DNA of 64,000 bases from Paludibacteraceae bacterium (GCA_024399495.1 JAKSNY010000007.1:40516-104515); one strand, 5' to 3'; shown: positions 17,102 through 27,527, counted from the first letter of the stretch. Made by a program: numbers and translations. Notes: a model not told the origin generated them from the sequence alone.

Positions 17102-17109
17102 TACCTTTG
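17102..17109 (+). promoter_or_regulatory. -7 box TAccTTTG for the small OMP genes
   Basis: TACCTTTG lies 31 nt upstream of the ATG at 17140. Confidence 0.5.
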
Positions 17110-17139
17110 CATCGTTAAATCTTAAAAATTTTAACACTT

Positions 17140-17772
17140 ATGAAAAGAATTTTACTGTTTGCCCTAACACTATTATTTGGTGTGGCATTTTCTGCTTTTG
17201 CTCAGCCACGTGCAATAGGAGGTAGAGTGGGCTCAGGTCTTGAGTTCTCTTACCAACATACTGTAGGTAAGAATTTCATAGGTTTGGATGCAGGTCTTAT
17301 TTATGGTGATGCAAGAATGTGCAATGGAACCGCCACTTTTAGGGTTGATGGAGAGAAATATACTGAGCATAATCGTGATTTTTATGCCACCAAAGATATG
17401 GTGGGAGTGGAGACTGTGGCTACATATAACTGGCTGTTTCCTATAAAGGCGTGGAAAGGCAAGGGTGAATGGAACTGGTATGTAGGAGCCGGCGCAGGTA
17501 TAGGTTATATGAGGTGTTGGGATTATGCAACATGGAGAGGTACCACATATACAAGAAGAGGTTGGGATTTTGGATTTGCCGGTGTTGCGGCTCGCATAGG
17601 TTTTGAGTATAATTTTTGGTTCCCGCTACAACTTTCATTCGATTACAGACCTTTGATAGGTCCTGCATTTACATCGGAGATTGTTAATGGCAGTAGAGAG
17701 AGTATGGTCGCATATAACCTTACAGGTCTTTATGCAGGAGCCATCTGTTTTGGTGTGCGTTATAGATTTTAA
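17140..17772 (+). CDS. Small outer-membrane beta-barrel protein (paralog 1)
   Basis: 210 aa with a signal peptide ending AFAQPRAIGGR. It has alternating Gly/aromatic strands and a C-terminal GAICFGVRYRF. It is a paralog of the next gene. Confidence 0.65.
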   Translation: MKRILLFALTLLFGVAFSAFAQPRAIGGRVGSGLEFSYQHTVGKNFIGLDAGLIYGDARMCNGTATFRVDGEKYTEHNRDFYATKDMVGVETVATYNWLFPIKAWKGKGEWNWYVGAGAGIGYMRCWDYATWRGTTYTRRGWDFGFAGVAARIGFEYNFWFPLQLSFDYRPLIGPAFTSEIVNGSRESMVAYNLTGLYAGAICFGVRYRF

Positions 17773-17818
17773 TCAGTCAATTGATATTAATTTTTAACTA
17801 TTTTAATTTTTTACAATT

Positions 17819-18310
17819 ATGAAAAAGAATTTACTTCTCGTTGCAGCAATGTTGCTTATGTCAACGGTTGCCGCTTTTGCACAGCCACGTGCAATCGGTG
17901 GTAGAATCGGTTATGGTGTTGAGTTCTCTTACCAGCACTCATTAGGTGAGTCAAACATGATTAACTTGGATGCCGGTGTTCCTGCTTTTCATGGTGTTGA
18001 AGCCGCCGCCACATACGATTGGATTAACCCAGGTGGCGTTACTATTCCATGGGATAAAAAAGGTGAGTGGAACTGGTTTGCAGGTGTTGGTGCCGGACTT
18101 GGTTGGTACTGGGGTGGCAATGGTGCAATGTCAGTAGGTGCGGCAGGCCGTATAGGTGTTGAGTACAACTTCTGGTTCCCATTGCAGCTATCTGTAGATT
18201 GGCGTCCGGTTCTCGGCCCTTACTTTGGATTTAACGGTGGAGGTGTAGGGTTTAATGTTGGAGGTCTTTATGCAGGTGCTATCTGCTTGGGTGTACGTTA
18301 CAAATTCTAA
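17819..18310 (+). CDS. Small outer-membrane beta-barrel protein (paralog 2)
   Basis: 163 aa. It shares with 17140..17772 the same signal-peptide end (AFAQPRAIGGR) and the blocks EFSYQH, KGEWNW..G.GAG.G, EYNFWFPLQLS.D.RP..GP and YAGAIC.GVRY.F. Confidence 0.65.
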   Translation: MKKNLLLVAAMLLMSTVAAFAQPRAIGGRIGYGVEFSYQHSLGESNMINLDAGVPAFHGVEAAATYDWINPGGVTIPWDKKGEWNWFAGVGAGLGWYWGGNGAMSVGAAGRIGVEYNFWFPLQLSVDWRPVLGPYFGFNGGGVGFNVGGLYAGAICLGVRYKF

Positions 18311-18330
18311 ACTAATTACATATAACTTTT

Positions 18331-18373
18331 TATCCCGATGTTGAGGAAAACTCAGCATCGGGATATTTTTTTT
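18331..18373 (+). terminator. Rho-independent terminator
   Basis: The hairpin tatcccgatgttgag-gaaaa-ctcagcatcgggata has a 15-bp stem with one G-T pair and is followed by T8. Confidence 0.85.
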
Positions 18374-18438
18374 GCCTTAAAATGCCTCGCGTGCGCAATA
18401 TATTAGGTGTATTTCCGTTATATTAAAAGGTTTTTTTG

Positions 18439-18462
18439 TATCTTTGCAGTTTCGTAACTTTG
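18439..18462 (+). promoter_or_regulatory. Two adjacent -7 boxes (TAtcTTTG at 18439, TAacTTTG at 18455) for ruvA-sprA-lptF/G
   Basis: Both match TAnnTTTG. They lie 113-129 nt upstream of the ruvA ATG, which implies a long leader. Confidence 0.45.
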
Positions 18463-18574
18463 TTAAAACAAGTTTTAACCATGTTACTTCGTCGCTCAGC
18501 ATAGTCCAAGTAAACTTGTCTCTGCTTTCGCTCCTAGTAACAAGTCAACTTTCAACTTTCAATTTTCAATTGAT

Positions 18575-19165
18575 ATGATAGAGTATATTACAGGAAACAT
18601 TACGGAACTCTCTCCAACACTTGCTGTGGTGGAGGCTAACGGAGTGGGGTATGGCATTAACATTACATTAAGCACCTACTCTGCATTAGAGGGCAAACAG
18701 AGTGCCAAGTTATACGTTTATGAGGCAATACGTGAGGATGCATACGTGTTATACGGCTTTGCCTCCAAAGAGGAGCGTCAGATGTTCCTGCTGCTTATTT
18801 CAGTATCGGGGGTTGGAGCAGGCACTGCCCGTATGATACTGTCGTCTGTAAGCACGGCAGAACTACGTGATGCGGTGTTGCTTGGCAACGAGGTGCTGCT
18901 AAAGGGTATTAAGGGCATCGGGCTTAAAACTGCTCAAAGAATAATCATAGACCTAAAAGATAAGGTTGCAGGTGTAGATGCAGGTACCGCCACAGGTCAG
19001 GCTAAGGCAAACGGTATGTCCGCCACCGCAGAAGAGGCTGTACAAGCCCTTGTAATGCTTGGCTTTACTCCAGCGGCAGTGCGTAAGACAGTACAGAAAA
19101 TCTGCTCCGATTCACCTGCGTTAAGTGTGGAGCAAATAATAAAACAATCACTTAAAATGATGTAA
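18575..19165 (+). CDS. ruvA: Holliday junction branch migration complex subunit RuvA
   Basis: 196 aa with the N-terminus MIEYITGNI....AVVEANGVGYGINI, HhH motifs (ISVSGVGAGTARMIL, IKGIGLKTAQRII) and a C-terminal domain III. Confidence 0.9.
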   Translation: MIEYITGNITELSPTLAVVEANGVGYGINITLSTYSALEGKQSAKLYVYEAIREDAYVLYGFASKEERQMFLLLISVSGVGAGTARMILSSVSTAELRDAVLLGNEVLLKGIKGIGLKTAQRIIIDLKDKVAGVDAGTATGQAKANGMSATAEEAVQALVMLGFTPAAVRKTVQKICSDSPALSVEQIIKQSLKMM

Positions 19166-19168
19166 AAA

Positions 19169-22100
19169 GTGTTTAAGGGATTTGGTAATATATTAAACCT
19201 GAAATTGGCAATGGTTGTGCTATTGTCTGTATTGAGTGTATGCTCTTATTCCCAAAACGCAGATTCTGTGGTTGTGGCAGGTGCAGACACCTCTAAGGTT
19301 CACTATAAATCAACACCGGTATATCCGGAATCTGCATCAGACCTTGAAGCCAGAGGAGCGACTGGTCTGCAAACCCCGGACAATGTCAAAACTGAGGTTC
19401 AGTATGACCCTACATCGGGTGGGTACTATTATAACACTAAGGTTGGAGAAGACCCCATAGGTGTGCCTTTCTACTTGCAAAGCAATGAGTATTCTGATTA
19501 TATGGCACGCCAATCAATGCGAGAGTATTATAAAAACAAGAATGCCGAGGCTAAAAAACGCAAGCACGAAATCTCTTTCACAGATATGAAGTTTGACATA
19601 GGACCTGCTGACAGGGTTTTTGGTCCGGGTGGGGTGCAACTTAAACTTCAAGGGTCTGCGGAATTGGATTTTGGACTCAATATTAAGCGAATAAAAGACC
19701 CGTCTCTTAGTGAGCGTTCTCAAAAGCCCGCCCCTACGTTTGATTTTGATGAGAAAATTCAGTTGAGTGTTGACGGCTCCGTGGGTGATAAACTTAAATT
19801 CGGGTTAAACTACAATACAGAAGCCACTTTTTCTTATGACCAATCTATGCTAAAAATACAGTACGAGGGCAAGGAAGATGATATTATTAAGAAAATAGAG
19901 GCTGGTAACGTAAGTATGCCGCTATCGGGTTCTTTAATTACAGGAAACACATCTCTTTTTGGTTTTAAGACAGACTTGCAGTTTGGCAAACTTAGTATAA
20001 GTGCAGTTGTATCACAGCAAGAGAGTGATGGAAAAACTATAAACACAAGCGGTGCCCAAACCACTAAATATGAAGTTAAGGCAGATGCCTACGATGAGAA
20101 CCGTCACTATTTTCTATCTCAATACTTCCGTGACCACTACGATGAGTGGTTGTCTGATTTGCCAAATATAAAAAGTGGTGTAACCATTGGAGAAATAGAG
20201 GTTTGGGTTACAAACAAAAATTCGGTAAATTATGATAATGTTACCAATATAGTGGGTTTTGTGGATATGGGCGAACCACAGAAAATCTATAACCCCGTAA
20301 TAACACCTACAGGTTCTCCTTCCGCCCCCGATAATGATGCTAACACGCTATATCCAACTGTAGTGAGGTCTATAGGTGGTTTGCCCGATATTTACAGCGT
20401 GGATTCCTATTTGAACGGCTTTAATATGACAAGCGGCACCGATTATGCCAAATTGGAGGGTGCCCGCAAATTGGAGCAATCGGAGTACACCCTGAATAAG
20501 GCATTGGGCTATATATCGCTGAAAACAGCTCTTAATAATGATGAGGTGCTGGCTGTGGCATACCAATATACACTTAAAGGTAAGGTTTATACCGTAGGTG
20601 AACTTTCAAAAGGTGTTGACCCTAAAAAACCGTTGGCTTTAAAGATGCTGAAGGCAATGGAGAGCTCACCTGACCTGCCCACATGGAATCTTATGATGAA
20701 AAACATATACTCACTTGGTGCATATCAGGTTCAACAGGATAAGTTTACACTTAACATTATGTACCGTAATGACTCCACTGGTATAGATTTGCGTTACTTG
20801 TCAGAAGGTCCTATTGCACGTGAGCCGTTGCTTAGAGTTATGAATCTTGACCGTTTGGACTCTCATCTTCAAAAAACCACTCGTGGTGATGGTATCTTTG
20901 ACTTTGTGGAGGGTTATACCATAATAGCACAGAACGGAAAGGTTATATTCCCGGTTTTGGAGCCGTTTGGCTCTTATTTGGCAAAAAAATTGGGGAATGA
21001 CCCTGCTCTTGTTAAAAAATATGTTTACCAAGAGTTATATGATTCCACATTGGTTGTAGCCCAAGAACTTGCAGAAAAAAACAAGTATTATTTGAGTGGT
21101 CAGTACAGAGCGTCATCGGGGTCTGAGATAAGGCTTAATGCAATGAATGTGCCTAAAGGCTCTGTGAAGGTGACGGCAGGTGGTAGAGAACTTGTTGAGA
21201 ACGTGGATTATACTGTTGACTATATGATGGGTGTGGTAAATATTCTGAATCAGGATATAGTGGCACTTGGCACCCCTGTAAGTGTTACTCTTGAGAGTCA
21301 ATCAATGTTTAATCTTAAGCGAAAAACGCTGATAGGCACTCATTTGGATTATGCCATAACTGATCATTTTAATGTGGGAGGTACAATAATGTATTTGAGT
21401 GAGAAGCCTCTTACAGAGAAATGTGCATACGGTGACGACCCTGTGGCAAATACCATTTGGGGGTTGAATACATCATACCGAAACCAGTTCCAGAGCATTA
21501 CAGACGCTCTTAACAAAATCCCGATATTAAATCTAAAACAGGCATCCACAGTTGCGTTTAACGCAGAGTTTGCACACATGATACCAGGCACGGCAAAAGG
21601 TGCCAATGGTAAGGTTTATGTAGATGATTTTGAATCCACAAAAATAGGTTTTGACGTTAGATATGCATCTAATTGGAAATTGGCTTCAACTCCTTCAAGA
21701 TTTGCGGAGTCATCGTTGAGCAACAATATTGAGTATGGTAAAAACAGAGCGTTGATTGCTTGGTATTATATAGACAATATGTTTAACCGCAATACAGCAC
21801 AAACGCCGTCACATATACGCAACGATAAAGAGCAACTTTCAAATCATTTTGTGCGTGAGATTGCAGAGCAGGAGATTTTCCCCAACAGAGAGTTGTCATA
21901 CGGTCAGTCATCATATATCCAGACCCTTGATTTGGCATATTACCCGGAAGAGCGAGGCCCATATAACATAGATTCCAAGCAATTTGACAATAACGGAAGA
22001 CTTACTAAACCGGAGACAAGGTGGGGTGGTATTATGCGTAAGTTAGAGACAACGGATTTTGAGACCAACAATATAGAGTATCTTGAGTTTTGGCTCATGG

Positions 22101-25100
22101 ACCCGTTTGTGTATAATGCAAATGCAAGTGGTGGTGATTTCTACATAAACTTAGGTAATGTATCAGAAGATGTTTTGAAGGACGGCAGAAAATCGTATGA
22201 GAACGGATTGCCCGGGGACGGTTCTGACAATGGTGTTATGGAAACCGTTTGGGGTAGGGTCTCAACCAAGCAGTCTATAAACTATTCGTTTGAAAATGAG
22301 AGTAGTACCAGACAGTATCAGGATTTAGGACTTAACGGGTTGTCATCTGCTCAAGAAAAGAATTTTGGGGCGTATAAACAGTTTTACGATGATATGAGCT
22401 CAAGATTAGACCCGTCTGTGGCATCAAGAGACCAATTCTCGATACTGAATGACCCCGCAGGTGATAATTTTCATCATTACAGAGGCTCTGATTTTGATAA
22501 TGCTCAAACCCCTATTTTGTCCCGATACAAGCATTATAATGGAACAGAGGGTAACTCTCCTATACAATCGGGTAATCAATACACTACGTCCGCCACTAAT
22601 TATCCCGATGTGGAAGACGTTAATATGGATAACACAATGACTGATACAGAGAAATACTTTGAGTATCACGTGTCATTGAGACCTGGAGATATGAAAGTAG
22701 GTCAGAACTTTATTACCGATATGGTGACATCTGTTGTGACTCTTCCAAATGGTAAGACTGGTTCAGTACGTTGGTATCAGTTTAAAGTGCCGTTAAAGGA
22801 TAATGATAAATACAAATCGGTTGGAGGCATAAGGAATTTCAAATCCATCAGGTTTATGCGTATGTATCTTACAAATTTCACAGATAGTGTGAATCTTCGT
22901 TTTGCCACTCTTGAACTTGTAAAGGGTGAGTGGCGTACATACAATCAACCAATCAATCAAGATTACCATGACCCAAGTGGTATGATAGAATCATCATCTG
23001 TAAGTATAGAGGAGAACGCAAACAAAAGACCTGTAAATTATGTTTTGCCACCAGGTGTAACAAGAGAGATAGACCCAAGCCAGCAACAGTCTCGTCAAGA
23101 GAATGAGCAATCTATGGTAATGCGTGTGCAGAACCTGTATCCTAAAGATGCCCGTGCGTTGTATAAGAAACTTGGTGGATACGATATGAGACAGTACGGA
23201 CGCTTGCAGATGTTTGTGCATGCCGAAGCAATGGACGAGATAAATTGGCTGCAAGATCAAGATGTAAGCCTATTTGTAAGATTAGGTTCTGATTATAAAA
23301 ACAACTATTACGAGTATGATATTCCACTAAAATTGACTCCTCCTGGAGCATACTCAAATAATCTTACCGCAGATCGTAGGACTGTTTGGCCGGATGAGAA
23401 TAAACTTGATGTGCCTCTGTCTCTGTTTACAGACTTAAAAAAGAGACGTAATGCTGATAAGAGTGTATCAGGCTCGGCGGTTTCAAATCTTACAGAGTAT
23501 GCAGGTGTGGATCCGGATAAGCCTAACAATAGGGTTGCCATCAAGGGTAATCCAAGTTTAGGTGAGGTTGAGGTTATTATGATAGGCGTAAGAAATAATT
23601 CAAGAGTAATTCAAAGTGTGGAGGTTTGGGTTGATGAGTTGCTGCTTACAGATTTTGACCAAAAAGGTGGCGTGGCTGCACTTGCAAGTTTAGATGTCGC
23701 ACTATCTGATTTTATAACTTTAAGTGCGGCTGGCAGAATTGAAACCATAGGATTCGGGCAAATAGAGCAAAGTATATCAGAACGCCGTCAGGAGGATTAC
23801 TACCAGTATAATGTCAACGCAGGAATTGATTTGGGTAAGCTTATACCGGAAGTGGCTAATGCCACAATTCCTGTTAAGTTCTCTCTGTCAAGTGAAATAA
23901 TGAATCCAAAATACAATCCGCTTGATAAGGATATTTTGCTTAAAGATGCTCTAAAACTTGCAGAAACGGCTCAAATGAGGGATTCTATAAAGAGGCTTGC
24001 ACAAACGGTATCAAGAAATATGAGTCTGAGTGTGCCAAGCATAAGGTTTGGATACACAAGCAAAAAAGGTCCAAGACCATGGGATCCCGCTAACTTTACA
24101 ATAGGTGGCTCTTATTCACAAACTGAATACAGAGACCCTAATACAGTGCGTGATATTGAGCAATACTGCAATGCATTTGGCTCATACGAATTTAATTGGA
24201 CACCTAAACCTTGGGAGCCGTTTGGAAAGATAGAGAAACTAAGAAACTCAAAGAATTGGAAATGGATAGCCGATTTCGGTATCAATTACGCACCTAAGCG
24301 TTTTGCGTATAAGACAGACTTCACCCGCAACTATTATGAGCAGCAGGTAAGGAATTTTGACACGTTTGAATCGTTAGACCCTACGTTCCAAAAGAACTTT
24401 ATGTGGAATAATAGTTTTGATATTGCGTGGGATATTACTAAGAATATAAAACTTACTTTAAGTACCAATAAGGCGGCTCGCATTACGGAAAACGAGGGTG
24501 GTGTAAACAGCAAACTCTACCCCGATGAGTATGAGATGTGGAAGGATTCTGTAAAGGCATCTCTGAGGCATTTGGGCACCCCGATGGATTATAATCAAAG
24601 ATTTACCGCTACATGGGCTATTCCGTTCAATAAGATTGCGTTCCTTAATTGGATATCGGGTAATCTTAAATATGATGGACAGTATGTTTGGGCATACGGA
24701 AACGAGACTATAGCCAATACCGCTAATAGCAAAGGCACATGGGGTGTTGACGGCAGAATAAATTTTGAGACATTGTATAATAAATCAAGTTACGCAAAAG
24801 AGGTAAACCGTAAGTTTAACTCAAGAAATGCTCAAAAGAAACAGCCGCAGAAGCCTAAGACCTATAAGCAGAAGGTGTCATTTAAGAAGGGAGATAAGGT
24901 TCTTATAAGACACCGTCTAAATAGTACAAATATTATAGTGGAGGCATCGGTAAATGGTGGTACTCCTACTAAATTAAAGTATCGTACTGTAGATAACAAC
25001 ACTATACAATACAAGGCTAAGCGTGATGGTGAGATGGAGGTTTCAATAACTACAAACACAGAGGAGAATATAGCGTTAGACGTTACAGCCAGAATAGGTA

Positions 25101-26440
25101 TGATGATTAGGAATCTGACATTCAACTATTCACAAACAGACGGAACCGTATTACCTGGATTCAAACCAAGTGTTACGTTCTTAGGTATGAATAAGTTTGA
25201 CGGACGTTGGGCTCCGGGTATGGACTTTGTGTTTGGTGTGCAGAAAAGTGATATGCTTGACAGGGCTATAAACAATGGTTGGCTTGTAACTGACGGTTCT
25301 GTTTATAATGCGGCTATAATGTCTCATACAGAGTCGTTTAAAGCCACTTCTTTAGTAGAACCGTTCCCAGGCTTTAAGATAAACATAGCCGTTGACCGTC
25401 AATATGTGAACAATCGTGAGGTTCAGTTCCAGGACGGTGCCAGAGTAACGTCTTTAAGCGGTAATTTCTCTATGAGTTTTGTGGCTATAGGAACATCATT
25501 TGCCCACATGTCTAAAACAGGAGACCTTAATTCAGATTTGTTTAATAAGTTCCTTGAATGCCGCAGTAAGATTCAAGGCAGATTAAATAGTAAATACAAT
25601 CCGGGAAAATATAGTTCTTCGGCATCATACGGCTTAAATACAGACGATGTGCTTGTGCCTGCGTTTATGGCGGCATACGGCGGACGTAATTCAGATAAGG
25701 TAGGCCTTAATCTAATACCTAAATTCTGGACATTCCTGCCTAACTGGCAGGTTACATTTGACGGACTAAGCCGCATACCTTGGGTTAAGGAGCATTTCCG
25801 CAGTATTAATATTACTCATGCTTATAACTGTAAATATATTATAGGGTCATTTACATCAGACCAATCTTATAACCCGATTGATGGTGATTCGTTTGGATTT
25901 ATAAAGGATACCCAAACAGGTGGGTTGGCTCCGTCAAGTCGTTTTAATATAGGTTCTGTTACAATAACAGAACAATTCAGCCCGCTTATTGGGGTGGATG
26001 TTAATATGAAGAATTCATTTGCGGTAAAAGTGGAGTGGCGTAAGGGACGTTCACTTGGATTGAATCTTGCAAGCAACCAGATTGTTGAATCTTGGAACAA
26101 TGAATATGTGGCTGGAATCGGGTATAAATTTGCAGATTTGAATTTCACAATAAAGCAGAAAAACCGTCAGAAAAAAGTAAAGAATGACCTTAACCTAAGG
26201 GCGGACTTCTCACTCAAAGAAGTGGAGACAATAATAAGAAAAATAGAGTTGGCACAATCTCAAGCTACTGCCGGGGATATGGTCATAGGATTTAAGTTTG
26301 CTGCCGATTATGTGTTTAGTGAAAGAATAAATTTCCGTTTATATTATGATTTAGCAATGCGTAAACCATTGGTTTCAACATCATATCCTACAACAACTCA
26401 CGACTTTGGAATAGCGGTCAAGATTTTACTTACAAGATAA
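19169..26440 (+). CDS. sprA: Type IX secretion system translocon / cell-surface protein SprA (Sov)
   Basis: 2423 aa with a signal peptide. The size, beta-rich Asn/Tyr/Gly composition and N-terminal blocks (KFDIGPADRVFGPGGVQLKLQGSAELDFGLN) are typical of SprA. It apparently uses a GTG start 3 nt after the ruvA stop; an alternative ATG lies at 19211. Confidence 0.85.
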   Translation: MFKGFGNILNLKLAMVVLLSVLSVCSYSQNADSVVVAGADTSKVHYKSTPVYPESASDLEARGATGLQTPDNVKTEVQYDPTSGGYYYNTKVGEDPIGVPFYLQSNEYSDYMARQSMREYYKNKNAEAKKRKHEISFTDMKFDIGPADRVFGPGGVQLKLQGSAELDFGLNIKRIKDPSLSERSQKPAPTFDFDEKIQLSVDGSVGDKLKFGLNYNTEATFSYDQSMLKIQYEGKEDDIIKKIEAGNVSMPLSGSLITGNTSLFGFKTDLQFGKLSISAVVSQQESDGKTINTSGAQTTKYEVKADAYDENRHYFLSQYFRDHYDEWLSDLPNIKSGVTIGEIEVWVTNKNSVNYDNVTNIVGFVDMGEPQKIYNPVITPTGSPSAPDNDANTLYPTVVRSIGGLPDIYSVDSYLNGFNMTSGTDYAKLEGARKLEQSEYTLNKALGYISLKTALNNDEVLAVAYQYTLKGKVYTVGELSKGVDPKKPLALKMLKAMESSPDLPTWNLMMKNIYSLGAYQVQQDKFTLNIMYRNDSTGIDLRYLSEGPIAREPLLRVMNLDRLDSHLQKTTRGDGIFDFVEGYTIIAQNGKVIFPVLEPFGSYLAKKLGNDPALVKKYVYQELYDSTLVVAQELAEKNKYYLSGQYRASSGSEIRLNAMNVPKGSVKVTAGGRELVENVDYTVDYMMGVVNILNQDIVALGTPVSVTLESQSMFNLKRKTLIGTHLDYAITDHFNVGGTIMYLSEKPLTEKCAYGDDPVANTIWGLNTSYRNQFQSITDALNKIPILNLKQASTVAFNAEFAHMIPGTAKGANGKVYVDDFESTKIGFDVRYASNWKLASTPSRFAESSLSNNIEYGKNRALIAWYYIDNMFNRNTAQTPSHIRNDKEQLSNHFVREIAEQEIFPNRELSYGQSSYIQTLDLAYYPEERGPYNIDSKQFDNNGRLTKPETRWGGIMRKLETTDFETNNIEYLEFWLMDPFVYNANASGGDFYINLGNVSEDVLKDGRKSYENGLPGDGSDNGVMETVWGRVSTKQSINYSFENESSTRQYQDLGLNGLSSAQEKNFGAYKQFYDDMSSRLDPSVASRDQFSILNDPAGDNFHHYRGSDFDNAQTPILSRYKHYNGTEGNSPIQSGNQYTTSATNYPDVEDVNMDNTMTDTEKYFEYHVSLRPGDMKVGQNFITDMVTSVVTLPNGKTGSVRWYQFKVPLKDNDKYKSVGGIRNFKSIRFMRMYLTNFTDSVNLRFATLELVKGEWRTYNQPINQDYHDPSGMIESSSVSIEENANKRPVNYVLPPGVTREIDPSQQQSRQENEQSMVMRVQNLYPKDARALYKKLGGYDMRQYGRLQMFVHAEAMDEINWLQDQDVSLFVRLGSDYKNNYYEYDIPLKLTPPGAYSNNLTADRRTVWPDENKLDVPLSLFTDLKKRRNADKSVSGSAVSNLTEYAGVDPDKPNNRVAIKGNPSLGEVEVIMIGVRNNSRVIQSVEVWVDELLLTDFDQKGGVAALASLDVALSDFITLSAAGRIETIGFGQIEQSISERRQEDYYQYNVNAGIDLGKLIPEVANATIPVKFSLSSEIMNPKYNPLDKDILLKDALKLAETAQMRDSIKRLAQTVSRNMSLSVPSIRFGYTSKKGPRPWDPANFTIGGSYSQTEYRDPNTVRDIEQYCNAFGSYEFNWTPKPWEPFGKIEKLRNSKNWKWIADFGINYAPKRFAYKTDFTRNYYEQQVRNFDTFESLDPTFQKNFMWNNSFDIAWDITKNIKLTLSTNKAARITENEGGVNSKLYPDEYEMWKDSVKASLRHLGTPMDYNQRFTATWAIPFNKIAFLNWISGNLKYDGQYVWAYGNETIANTANSKGTWGVDGRINFETLYNKSSYAKEVNRKFNSRNAQKKQPQKPKTYKQKVSFKKGDKVLIRHRLNSTNIIVEASVNGGTPTKLKYRTVDNNTIQYKAKRDGEMEVSITTNTEENIALDVTARIGMMIRNLTFNYSQTDGTVLPGFKPSVTFLGMNKFDGRWAPGMDFVFGVQKSDMLDRAINNGWLVTDGSVYNAAIMSHTESFKATSLVEPFPGFKINIAVDRQYVNNREVQFQDGARVTSLSGNFSMSFVAIGTSFAHMSKTGDLNSDLFNKFLECRSKIQGRLNSKYNPGKYSSSASYGLNTDDVLVPAFMAAYGGRNSDKVGLNLIPKFWTFLPNWQVTFDGLSRIPWVKEHFRSINITHAYNCKYIIGSFTSDQSYNPIDGDSFGFIKDTQTGGLAPSSRFNIGSVTITEQFSPLIGVDVNMKNSFAVKVEWRKGRSLGLNLASNQIVESWNNEYVAGIGYKFADLNFTIKQKNRQKKVKNDLNLRADFSLKEVETIIRKIELAQSQATAGDMVIGFKFAADYVFSERINFRLYYDLAMRKPLVSTSYPTTTHDFGIAVKILLTR

Positions 26441-26441
26441 C

Positions 26442-27521
26442 ATGTTTAAAATATTAGACAGATATATAATAAGGAAGTCGTTGGGTGCGTATGTGCTATC
26501 ATTGCTTATGATTATAGCAATAGCCATAGTTATTGACATAACAGAGAAAATGGATGACTTTTATGCAAATGGTTTGTCGTTTAAGACAGTGGTGCTTGAA
26601 TATTACATAAATTTTGTGCCGTACTATGTAAATTTATTCAGCCCTTTGTTTACTTTTATCTCCATTATGTTTATTACGTCTAAGTTGGCGTTTAATTCAG
26701 AGATAATAGCGATGCTTGCAGGGGGCATATCATTCAAAAGGCTTCTTGTTCCGTATATGGAGGCGGCAGGATTGATTGCACTGTTTACATTTTTTATAGG
26801 TGGATACATAATACCCCCGTGTAATGTTAAAAGATTGAATTTTGAGACTAAATATGTGGATTATAAGCCAGAGACCACTTCTCTTAGAAATGTACAGATA
26901 AAGACTGCGGATAACGAGATAGCGTATATGGAGAGTTATGATTTCACAGATAATAAAGGCTATTGGTTCTCGATAGACCGTTTTGATGGGCAAGTGCTAA
27001 AATATAGGCTTACGGCTAGAACTGTAAGATATGACTCGTTAAACACATGGACGGTTAATGATTATTTACAGCGAGAGTTTGTAGGTATGAAGGAAATAAC
27101 AACTAAGGGTGATGAACTTACAGTTAGTGTAGTTATGAATCCCGATGAGTTTGTTACAGCAAAGAACCCTCACGAAAGGCTTAATAACACTGATCTAAAA
27201 GAGTTTATTGATGTTCAGACAGAACGAGGCAGATCTGGTCTTAACAGTTTTAAGTTGGAGTACCAAAAAAGGTATGCAGGACCCTTTGGCTCGTTTATAT
27301 TGGCTCTTATAGGTGTGTGCGTGGCATCTAAAAAAGTGAGAGGCGGGACCGGTTTTCACATGTTTATAGGTCTCGCCCTCAGCCTTGTTTATATACTCTG
27401 TACTTTATTGTCATCAATATTCACCGTGCAGGCAGGGTGGAATCCTTTTTTTGCTATATGGACGCCTAATTTTGTGTTCCTTTGCGTTGGTGTTGTACTC
27501 TATTTTAAGGCACAGAAATAA
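26442..27521 (+). CDS. LptF/LptG-family (YjgP/YjgQ) LPS export permease
   Basis: 359 aa with the N-terminus MFKILDRYIIRKSLGAYVLSLL. The topology is three TM segments, a periplasmic beta-jellyroll region, then three more TM segments. It starts 1 nt after the sprA stop. Confidence 0.8.
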   Translation: MFKILDRYIIRKSLGAYVLSLLMIIAIAIVIDITEKMDDFYANGLSFKTVVLEYYINFVPYYVNLFSPLFTFISIMFITSKLAFNSEIIAMLAGGISFKRLLVPYMEAAGLIALFTFFIGGYIIPPCNVKRLNFETKYVDYKPETTSLRNVQIKTADNEIAYMESYDFTDNKGYWFSIDRFDGQVLKYRLTARTVRYDSLNTWTVNDYLQREFVGMKEITTKGDELTVSVVMNPDEFVTAKNPHERLNNTDLKEFIDVQTERGRSGLNSFKLEYQKRYAGPFGSFILALIGVCVASKKVRGGTGFHMFIGLALSLVYILCTLLSSIFTVQAGWNPFFAIWTPNFVFLCVGVVLYFKAQK

Positions 27522-27527
27522 GTGTCA

